DNA from: Paraspadella gotoi
Taxonomy: Eukaryota > Animalia > Chaetognatha
Length of the DNA stretch: 64,000 bases
NCBI GenBank assembly: GCA_051294375.1
Contig: JBJCIZ010000239.1
Location: 4,469,834 to 4,533,833, forward strand
Direction: 5' to 3'
The notes beneath the pieces are model-generated. The model worked only from the letters and a program-made list of their open reading frames with translations, searched no databases and was not told the DNA's origin. Numbering within the stretch: position 1 is the first letter of the stretch; each line of letters opens with the position of its first letter. The translations under genes were made by a program, and so were the position numbers. This document shows, one piece after another, positions 54,202 through 64,000 of the stretch.

Positions 54202-55464
54202 ATGGCAATTATGGCGCTGATGGAAGGAACAGTCGTATCCAATAGGTACTGATATTACATCACTATATAGCTTCATTTTTTTTGTTGTGTCGTGAGTACT
54301 CGCAGAGCTACTTTCTAAGTCACTTTTCGGTCAGTATGTTGGTCGGTCTGTCAGTCGGTATGTCTGTCCATCTGTCTGTCCCACTTACATTGAAAACGCT
54401 TATAACTTGCTTATAGTTCGTTGCTCATTTGTTAAAACAGGAAAAAAACCTTAAATCTAAGCGACTACTAGCGCCGCCTTTTGTTTTTAAAGAATAAAAG
54501 GAATAAAAGACGTGATTCCAATGCAAGCGTGTTTTATATACACGGAAATATAAGGGATAAGAAAGTAAGAAGAAAAGTAATGCGGCGCAACACCCTGGAA
54601 TACTCGTTACTTGATTTCACTTTAACTCATTTTCACTCGAACGATTCCGGTGAAACTTTATTTCCAGCTCAATCACACACTTCTTTACCCAAACACGTGC
54701 TAATGAAAACTTACAAGTAAGTTGAAACATGTCTGTTACTTGTTTCTTAATAAAATTGTTGTTTGTAATTAAAAATACAAATTTTTTTTCTCTCAAACTA
54801 TTAAAAGAAAGCATGCGCACAATACCCAAAACACAAAATATTAAGTCAATCGCCCTATCCACTAATGAGTAATTAGCGTTTAAAACAAAGGTGGAAAGGA
54901 TGGACGGACATCAATTTTTTTGTTTCATAATTTATCATAATTTGATTATCTGACATGATCTAAGTGACTTAACGACATGATTGTTAGGTGGGACCGATGA
55001 ACCAACAAAATGAATTTTAGAGCCAGAATCTGCTTAAACCAGATCCGGCTGGCTAAAAGGAGAATATTTTTGGAAACCAGGATAATTTTTTTTTTTTTAT
55101 CAAAAAGTCTAGAAAATCCAACAGCAACTCCTATAATCGATGGTTTCTGCACATATCAGAATTTTTCGTGCCATTTCTTTACAAATCAAGACAAAGGATA
55201 ATGACTACGGTGTTCCGGTCATGCAGTTTTGGAATGATATCCCCCAATAGATGAAAATGTAGGATAGAGAAGCAGAATGTCCCACCATCCCTTATAACAC
55301 TGACAACTTTTTGGCAGTAGAAATAGTAGCTAGAATGGCAGCTTTCCATATGGGCCAAATTGTAAAAGCATGCGGCTCCTCTGGACACTTGGAGATGGTC
55401 ATTGTTGCCAAAGGTGAATTTTTAAAATAAATTGTGTTGTTTTGACAATTTATTATAAATGAGC

Positions 55465-56121
55465 TGAAGAGACAGGTAATTATTGTTATGTGTTAGTGAC
55501 AGAACCGTTCATTATAAGCACTCCCTGAGCTTCGGATCAGGCTGTAACACCATGTTACAGGCGGGTTAACCGCCCCGTCCGTCTTAACCGCTAGGCGACC
55601 ACCGGGCTAGAACCCTGGACCTTTGGGTTGGGAGGGCGAATGACTTGCCTCCGGCACCAATGGCCGCTGATGAATGGTTGGTGGATTTTAGTCCACCATA
55701 CATCCCCCCTCCATAGGGAGAAGTCTGTTGCGTCTCTTCAGTGAATTGTGTGGTGGAAAGTTCATCACCAAGTTGAGGCATGTCGCCTGATGTGTTGTTG
55801 GCGGAAAGTGCATGCCAGGTTGAGGCATGTTGCCTGAAAGTGTTGTTGTTGCTGTGGTATTCGGAAGTCGGGCTCACCAATGAAGAGACAGTAATTATTG
55901 TTATGTGTTAGTGACAGAACCGTTCATTATAAGCAGTCCCTGAGCTTTGGATCAGGCTGTAACACCATGTTACAGGCGGGTTAAGCGCCCCATCCCTCTT
56001 AACTGCGAGGGGACCACTGGGCTAGAACCCCGGACCTTTGGGTTGGGAGGCGAATGACTTGCCTCTGGCACCAATGGCCGCTTGGATGATATGTCGTTGG
56101 TTCGGATTTTAGTCCACCATA
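55465..56121 (-). mobile_element. TRIM family A, near-complete: 5' LTR 56121-55881, PBS 55879-55867, PPT 55712-55703, 3' LTR 55702-55465; tRNA-derived LTRs
   Basis: 238-bp LTR TGTATGG...CTCTTCA, PBS TGGTGAGCCCGAC, PPT GGAGGGGGGA. GAGC flanks both ends (55461-55464, 56122-56125). The 5' terminal TG is missing. Confidence 0.88.
55595..55667 (-). pseudogene. tRNA-derived sequence within the LTR (Gly-CCC-like); not a functional tRNA
   Basis: Acceptor stem GCGGCCA/TGGTCGC, A-box TGGTGCCGGAGG, loop CTCCCAA, B-box GGTTCTAGCCC. The anticodon stem is poorly paired. Confidence 0.7.
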
Positions 56122-56389
56122 GAGCCAATTTTTATATTAGTATTCTTTTATTTACCCATTCAAATTTTTTTTTAATTAAGACTCAAAAGAGCTGGACTTC
56201 CCTGTAGAGCACTTTATACTACTATATGCTACTAAGCTTTTATTTAAAAACACATCAAAATTAGGGTAAAATAATTTATTTCATTTGGTAAAGGAGACTA
56301 GTCAAATCCAACTTTTTATACTATTAAATGGCCTAAAAATTTTATTTAGATAAGCTATTTTAAATGCTCTCATGCTCATGTGGGCACAA

Positions 56390-58263
56390 AAACAATTTCT
56401 GAGATCACAGGCATAGTTATCAAATCTTATGACATATCGGGGATGATAAAATGCTCCTCATTGATGGCAGTAAAAATTTCCTGCCTAACTGGCATGAGTG
56501 TGTCACCATCATCGATGAAAATAACATTCTTCTGGGGTTAATTGAGCATTTTGACCTTCTTCTAAGATGAGATCTACAATATTGTTTATTATGCTTGGAA
56601 TTTTCCGGTTTTCTTGGATTAAGGTGTTAACACTATCATCTTTGGAAATTTGAGTGCTGGCATCTTCTTCAATCCCGGCAAAATTATTGTTTTTTTGTAA
56701 AAATGATGATAAATGGTCATCTTCTAAGGGAACTGAGATCTGATTGCACATTTGCTGTGTGTTTGTGGCATCAAAAGAGTTATCAGGATTTTTTTCTTCC
56801 AAGGCATTAAAAGTTGTGAGAATTGCCTCAATATCCACAGCATTAGATTCAATCTTAGATGCGCATATGACCACCTCATCAATTTGCTCTTCAATTACTG
56901 GTTGAATTCTTTCCTCAGGAATAACTTCATTTACCAGATTTGGGTCACGCTCATTGTCTTCTTCAAACACATCTCCCTCCGTGACATAGGGATGCGAGTA
57001 ATAAAAATCAGGATTAGATTCATCTACTTCATAAATTTGGGTGACATGTCAGGAAAAGTGGGAAGAGGCTGGTAAACAGAGAATGGATATATTCTCCGTT
57101 ATTAAACTGCATCATCACTATCGCTATGAATATTTTCTCCACCTAAATCATCTCCAATGTCTTTGTTTTCACTATTTTTCTTACTGCTACAAGGTGGCAC
57201 ATTCCATCTTATGTCTTCATTGGAACCAGAAATGTTGGGACCAGTACATTCATCAAATCTGGTATTGCTATCGGTATGGTCATAAGTGATAAAATTAGAG
57301 TGGTTTGTCAGATTGGAACAGTTATCATTGTCATTTCTTTTTTCTGGAGTGCTTTCAGAAGGGCAGTTAAAGCTCTTTTTACACATGCAGGCTCCCGCAC
57401 AATTGCAAGTCCGGTCCATATTTTTTTAATGAAATGCCTCCCATTTAGCAATCTCTGCCTCTCTTTCCAATCTCTCTGTCTTTACTACTATTTCTTTGGC
57501 CCATCATCTTGATGCTGCCAATGTCTCCAATCTTCCATCATAAAAGGCCATATCATGCAAATCAATAAGATGTCTCTTAAAGTGTTGCAATTGACCTTGG
57601 AAAAAAATGCAACGCTGCCTGCCATTAAAGGGTCGAAGAGAATCTGACAGGGAAACGCAGGCTGTATGAAGCGCGAGACGAAGATTATCACCAGTTGCCG
57701 AGTAAAACAATGTGATTGTGGCTGCATTGGAGCATTTGGATGGGGCTTCATACTGATTTTCATCTGCAGCTGCGGCGGCAGTGGCAGCGATTGACAGCCT
57801 TTCCAGTGTGGGATTTAAGCCCAGGAGCTGAATGTCAAAAAGCTGCCGTGAAAAGGTTGAATCTTGGCATGCCCAGCAAAAATATTTCATCTCTTGCTGA
57901 GCAATTGCAATATCTTCTTCCGTTGGGGCACATCATCTTGGTCGTCCTCATCCTTATTCCACTTACATGCAATAATTCGTTGCAAGGGAGTGATGCTGTC
58001 ATCCTGGATATTTGGCTGGGGTAAGAAACGGAGTGGACCAGCAGTTTCTTCATCCGAGTTGCTGTCATATTCATCAGTGTCACTGTCATCGTCATCTCCC
58101 TCATAACCATCAAAGTAAGCAGAGCGCCTATAGATGCAGTTCGTGATTTCTCTGGTTTTTAATCTATTGTCAATTTTGTACATTTCATCCTGACAAAAGC
58201 AGCAGCTGCACAATAGGGACATTTCACATTCCTACCAAAATCCTCTCTCTGCCCATTGATCTG
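56390..58263 (-). pseudogene. 5'-truncated duplicate of the 3' part of the kelch-repeat gene
   Basis: ORFs 57887-58222, 57504-57890, 57102-57419 and 56509-56970 parallel 60390-62613. Homology stops abruptly at 58263. There is an in-frame stop (ASR*) and deletions. Confidence 0.75.
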
Positions 58264-60199
58264 CTAGTTAAAACTTATAGAAAATATAAATTTTAGAGTT
58301 AAAAAAAATTGCAAAAGAACAACGATCTACAAGAGCCTGTTGCCTAATTAAACTTTGAAATATATTAATAAAAACTTTTTTGCATGCTCCTAAGACATTA
58401 TACTAACTAATGAATGTAAAAGAAAATAAAATATTTGTCTTAATTTTTTTCACAATGTAAAGTATTCTCAACTTGTTATATAGGAACATAAACGTCCGGG
58501 AATTTTCAAACTAAAGAAATTATCAAATATCAATGATATGAGTCAGTTAATAGTAATAACAAAACTTTTTATTTCACTCAGATTTGAAATCCGTGTATTA
58601 TTGATGAGCGGGGTTTTCCGTCAGTTGCTCAGCCTTCTGAGAGTATCTATAACGCATATAGGATCGAGTCCCTAAGGATCAAATCTAGAGATAAGCAGAA
58701 ACAAGCATCGGTGATGAATCAATAAAATAAAGACCTCTCAGGTAAGCTCAGCCTAGCCACTAATCAAATAAACCATATGAACCAATAACCATATAAACAA
58801 AACCATATAACCGTATAAACCAACAGTACAAACCATATAAACCCCGACGATGGCCAACTAACATTAATGCGATCTGTATGAAATAGAATCATGATTAATC
58901 AAAGCAATGAAATAACAATGAACTGTATTGTTTGTAGACAAACATCGATTGTTTATATTTTTAAACAGCTTTACAAAAGGCGAATAAGAACGACGGATCA
59001 TGACGAGAGTTTATGTCCAACATTATTTATTATTTGAGTATGCATTATATGTTGCAGAATTCAGACTGTATTCACACAAATTATTATTTGGAGTTTGATA
59101 AACTTTATGCTGCTGTGGATTGTGCGAGTTTACTGCTTGAAAATGTACATACGCACCTGGCGAGTTGTGATGCTGTGGCTGACGCAAACACAGAATGAAC
59201 AAATTTGGCTGGAGTTTCTGCACTGACACTGATGCTTACCTTTGTAAATTCGAAAAAGAAAAATACTTCGTAGGATGACAATGCTACTGCCGCCCATGAC
59301 ATTGTACACGACTCCTGTCTTTGCAACAAAAACTTTAGAGTCGACTATGACAATGGTGGTGCCCTCTTCAGTGGCGCCAACTGCTCCTGCAACTCTGGCA
59401 CCATCGTGTTTACCATTCCATCATACTGGAGAGAGGCACAACGTAGAGGGCTCCTTGACAAAAAGCCAAACTAGGTATATATTTGTTTGCGTGGCAACAG
59501 ACGTCTTCTAACAAAATTTTTTTTGTTGACAGACATAGTTTTCATTAGTCTTTAGTGCTGAAGAACATGAGCAAATTAGCCAAAACCTTACGTTTTTCTT
59601 CTCCAAAAATAAAATAACTTTGTTGTTTGTTTAAAACAAAAATTTTCATTTAATTCTAATTTCTAACGCAATGAAAAGATAAGCTCTAAAGAAGAATATC
59701 TTACAACTTGAAAAATCACCGCCAAGGCACAAAGGACCTATTCTAAGTCCCACCCTTTAAATTTTCTTAATTCGCAATTGGCCCTGCCAATCTAGTACAG
59801 AAAGAAGCTTTATGTAAGCCCCATCTTTTAAATTTTCCTAACTTTTCACCGGCCATCGACTCTTTTAGCCACAGCCAAGCCCTCCCTTGTGATAAGAAGA
59901 ATATCCTTTGGACGTGGCTAAATCTGATAGTTTTGCCACATTGGGCTGGCTACAGATCTCTTTCCCTCTCACTCTATGACCTTCTTTCTTTTTCTCTCTG
60001 TTTCTCTTTCTGAGCCAATGTCTAATATCTCGTTTTTAGTCCCTCACGATCTCTTAACAACACTACTTTGAAACATGTTAAAAAGTTAGCAGTTTAATAG
60101 TAACTTTACTATAAGTTGAATTTTTGTGAAAAAAACTTTTACTAAAGTAAAGTATAAAAAATAAATAACAGTAACAGTAATCCAAATGTTCCAAAGAAA

Positions 60200-63100
60200 A
60201 TTATGTTAACAATGACAGGGTTTTCTAAGTAAACAAAAACATGATGGAGATAGAACAGCATCAGCAACAAAATTAATGGGGAAACTATTTTTTGGATTCA
60301 AAAATGCAGGATTATCTGATGGAAACGTTGAAACACAGGTAATGTAATGTGGTTGCAGGCATGATGGAGTTTTTTTGATTTGTGGGAACAAAAACAATTT
60401 CTGAGATCACTTGCGTGGTTATTAACTCTTGTGGGATATCGGGGATGATAAAATCCTTCTCATTGATGCCAGACAATTTCCTGCCTGACTGTGTCACAAT
60501 CATTGACGATAATAATATTTTATTCTGGGGTTATTTCAGCAGTTGGATATTCTTCTTAGATGACAACAATATTATTCAATAGGTTTGGAATATTCTGATT
60601 TTCTTTGATTAAGGTGGTAACACTTTCAACTTTGGAAATTTGAGTGCTGACATCTTCCTCAATCCCGGCAAAATTAATGTTTTCTTGTAAAAATGATGAT
60701 AAATAGTCAGCTGTGGGAATATCTCCAAAGGATTCTTCACCGAAGAGGACAACATTGACTTGGGAGGAAACTGAGGTAGTTAGCTTTTCTTTAAAGTTGG
60801 GAAAAAAAAAACTTCATCTGCAGGAACAAGTGCTGTATGGTCATCTCGATTTATGATAAGATCAGTTGGGATGGTTTATGTTTTCATAGTCAGATAATTA
60901 TTAGTAATGGGATCAACATCGTTTTCTTGACTTTCTTCAGTTAATAGAGCAGGGCTAATACCTGGACTAATATTTGGGCTAATAGCAGGGGATTGTGAAG
61001 GGACAAGATATGAGGTCGTCTTTTGTTAGAAACTATGTCTTCTAAGGGAACTGAGATCTGATTGCCCATTTGCTGTGTGTGTGGCATCAAAAGTGTGATC
61101 AGGATTTTTTTCTTCATTAAAAGTTGTGAGAATTGCCTCAATATCCACAGCCATTAGATTCATCTTAGATGCGCATCATGACCACCTTCAATCATTTGCT
61201 CTTCAATTACTGGTTGAATTTCTTTCCTCAGGAATAACTTCATTTACCAGATTTGGGTCTCGCTCATTGTCCTCCTCAAACACATCTCCCTCCATGACAT
61301 AGGGATGCGAGTAATAAAAATCAGGATTGGATTCATCTACTTCATCAATTTGGGTGAAATGACAGGAAGAGTGACGAAACAAGTAATGGATGACTGGAGA
61401 TAGGCTGGAAAACACAGAACGGATACATTCTTTGTTATTAGACTCTGCATTATAACTATTGCTATGAATATTTTCTCCACCTAAATCATCTCCAATGTCT
61501 TTGTTTTCACTATTTTTCTTACTGCTACAAGGTGGAACATTCCATCTTATGTCTTCATTGGATCCAGAAATTTTGGGACCAGTACATTCATCAAATCTGG
61601 TATTGCTATAGGAATGGTCATGAGTGATAAAATTAGAATGGTTTGTTATGTTGAAATGATTATCATTGTCAGTTTTCTTTTCTGGAGCACATTCAGAACG
61701 GCAGCTAAAGCTCTTTTTACACGTGCAGGCTCCAGCACAATTGCAAGTCCGGTCCATATTTTTTTGAATAAATGCCTCCCATTTAGCAATCTCTGCCTGT
61801 CTTTCCAATAACTCTGCCTCTAATACTCTTTCTTTGGCCCGTCGTCTTGATGCCGCCAATGTCTCCAATCTGGCTTGCAAGCTTCCATCATAAAAGCCCA
61901 AGTCATGCAAATCACTAAGATGTTTCTCAAAGTATTGCAGATGACCTTGGAAACAATTGCGACGCTGTCTGATATCAAGGGGTCGAAGAGAATCTGACAG
62001 GGATACGCGGGCTGTACGAAGTGCAAGATGAAGATTATCGCCAGTTGCCGAGCGAAAAAGCGTGATTGTGGCTGCATTGGGATATTTGGATGGGGCTTCA
62101 TACTGATTTCCATCAGTGGTTGCGGCGGCAGTGGCAGCAATTGACAGCCTTTCCAGTGTGGGATTTAAGTCCAGGAGCTGAATGTCAAAAAGTTGTCGTG
62201 AAAAGGTTGGATCTCGGCGTGCCCAGCGAAAATATTTCATCTCTTGCTGAGCAATTGCAATATCTTCCGCATTGGGGGCACATCATCTTGGTCGTCCTCA
62301 TCCTTATTCCACTTACACGCAATAATTTGTTGCAAGGGAGTGATGCTGTCATCTCTGATCTTTGGCTGGGGTAAGAAGCGGAGTGGACCAGTGGTTTCTT
62401 CATCCGAGTCGCTGTCATATTCATCGCTGTCACTGTCATCGTCATCTCCCTCATAACCATCAAAGTAAGCAGAGCGCCTATAGATGCAGTCCGTGATTTC
62501 TCTGGTTTTTAATCTATCGTCAATTTTGAACAATTCTTCCTGACAAAAGCAGCAACTGCACAATGGAGACAATTCACATTCCTCCCAAAATCCTCTCTCT
62601 GTCCGTTGATCTGCCGTTGCTCGATCGGTGAGTCCACCCAGGACGGCAAGAGTACCATCGCCTGGAGAGAAAGAGGAGAGAGGAGATGGTGCAATGGATA
62701 CCAGGGAAAAGTCGGTCCGTGGCGAAGGTTGTTGACCGCCCGTAGGTAGTACGGTCCATGTGTCAGTCTCAGTGCTGAAGGCAAAGACAGTGTTGGCAAA
62801 ATCGGTGAGTGGGTTGTCGATGTGGGTTTTCGTGTTGAAGATGTCGTCACCAATGTCGTACCTTGGAAAGTGTAAAAGGTGTATTGTAAAAAGAAAAAAA
62901 TATTTTGAGAGATGAAGAAAAATGATATGAACAAACAAGGAAATAAAAAATGAAACAAAAAAGAAAGAAAGAAATAAAGTATAAAAGAAGAAAGCTCTTA
63001 CATAAAGAAATTTATCTTTCCCCTTTTTCCCACCCCTCCACCCTCCTCGCTAAACTCCACTCACCTATCCTTCCTTTTACTCCACTCCTTCAATTCTTTC

Positions 63101-64000
63101 CTCCGATAATCCCCCCTTCGAGGCCGCCGCGAAAGCGTCAGCAGCCGCCCGCCGACCACGGCGCTCGTCGCGACCATAGCCGGCGGTTCTCCGCCACAGC
63201 GCATCGCGCTCCAAACGGGACGAACATCGCCGTCAGCCGCGCCGTTGCCGTCGAACCGCAGCTGGAAATCGTCGAATCCAGCGCCAGGACGTTTGAAGAC
63301 GAAAAGACGCTGGCCATCGGGAGTAGGCGTCGTCCAATCGGGTCGACGTTTCAGTCTTAGAAAAAGCGTCGTCGCTTGATCGAATGTCATAGCCGCGTTG
63401 GTCGTTTCAATTGCGGACCAAGACTTGGAACCAAAATCGAAACGAAGAAGAGTGAGCGTAAAGATGCCAGGAGGAAGGATGAGGGCGGGTCGGTCTTCGA
63501 CGTCCCGACTCCGTCGTCGACGATATCGCCGAGGCGTCGCGTTTTCCCTGCACAGCTTCCTCAGCCGACGTCGTTCCAGCCTGGTAAGAGCGCTCAGCGC
63601 CAAGTATCCGTCGCCAAGCGCCACACCTCCAAACGCCAAGCATCGAGAGGCCAAGAAGGCTTCGCGTTCCACTCGTTGGTCCTCTTCCACCACGTCGTCC
63701 ACGACCGCCGCTCCCGGCCCAACTACCCAATCTTCCTCCCACGCGTCGTCCACCTCCCATTCCTCCGTCTCGTTGTATTCCGGCGCGTCTGCCAGGAGAC
63801 GCAGCGGGACGTCCGCCCCGCCGATCTTGGTCAGCTGCCGCCATTTGATGCGGGATTCCCGTCTGGCTCCGCAGAAAACCGGCGGGGCCACGGAGAAAAT
63901 TTTATCGGGAAGGAGACCCCGGCGTCGGTGGCGAAGAAAGAGGAAGATTTTGTTGCCTCGGACGACGGCGTCGTGGAGAGAAAGGGAAGAGGGGGCGGCG
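60200..64000 (-). CDS. Divergent kelch-repeat protein with BC-box-like motif (KLHDC3-like) and long acidic C-terminal extension; 5' end beyond the window
   Basis: Frame is open from 63999 to 63065 (PSSLSLHDAVVRGNKIFLF; VWSAMRCGGEPP). Intron 63064-62862 (GTGAGT...CCAAG) joins in frame. Exon 2 has TDTWTVLPTGGQQPSPRTDFS...LAVLGG, then DIQLLDLNPTLERLS in another frame. Frameshifts occur near 62275 and below 61220. Confidence 0.72.

Larger units (their letters stand above)
51500..54262 (-). mobile_element. TRIM-like element B with tRNA-like direct repeats (51500-51801; 52023-52265 + 54204-54262, split by an insertion)
   Basis: About 300-bp direct repeats with A-box TAGCGCACTGG and B-box GGTTCTTGCC/GGTTCTAGCC. 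One repeat ends CTTCA followed by PBS-like CTGATGAGCC. No clear PPT or TSD. Confidence 0.55.

Noticed and set aside
59100-59330. Possible decayed integrase Zn-finger remnant (VHTHLASCDAV)
   Set aside because: Only a vague motif with stops; it cannot be supported without a profile search.

Overview
AT-rich eukaryotic DNA, probably from an invertebrate animal (GT-AG introns, GA/CT microsatellites, GTCY-microsatellite elements). The scaffold is poorly polished: many N gaps, raw long-read inserts with homopolymer indels, fold-back palindromes (centres ~6.65 kb and ~30.2 kb) and base-for-base duplicated reads. Much of 1-16 kb, 27.8-32.5 kb and 38-50 kb is therefore redundant, and most six-frame ORFs are spurious. 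Three biological signals stand out. (1) At ~17-33.6 kb, eight co-oriented minus-strand coding units (possibly a ninth) each contain an R-x-K/R-R convertase site, mostly followed by Gln. The predicted mature peptides are Gly/aromatic-rich with poly-His tails, or Pro/Phe-rich. No unit shows an obvious ATG plus signal peptide. (2) At 50.4-56.1 kb lies a nest of elements, including miniature LTR retrotransposons (TRIMs) whose LTRs carry a tRNA-derived Pol III cassette. One copy has a tRNA-Trp-like PBS, a PPT and a 4-bp TSD. (3) At the right end is a divergent kelch-repeat/BC-box (KLHDC3-like) gene with a truncated duplicate; both copies share the same reading-frame break. Coordinates were read by eye and are approximate in the noisy regions.
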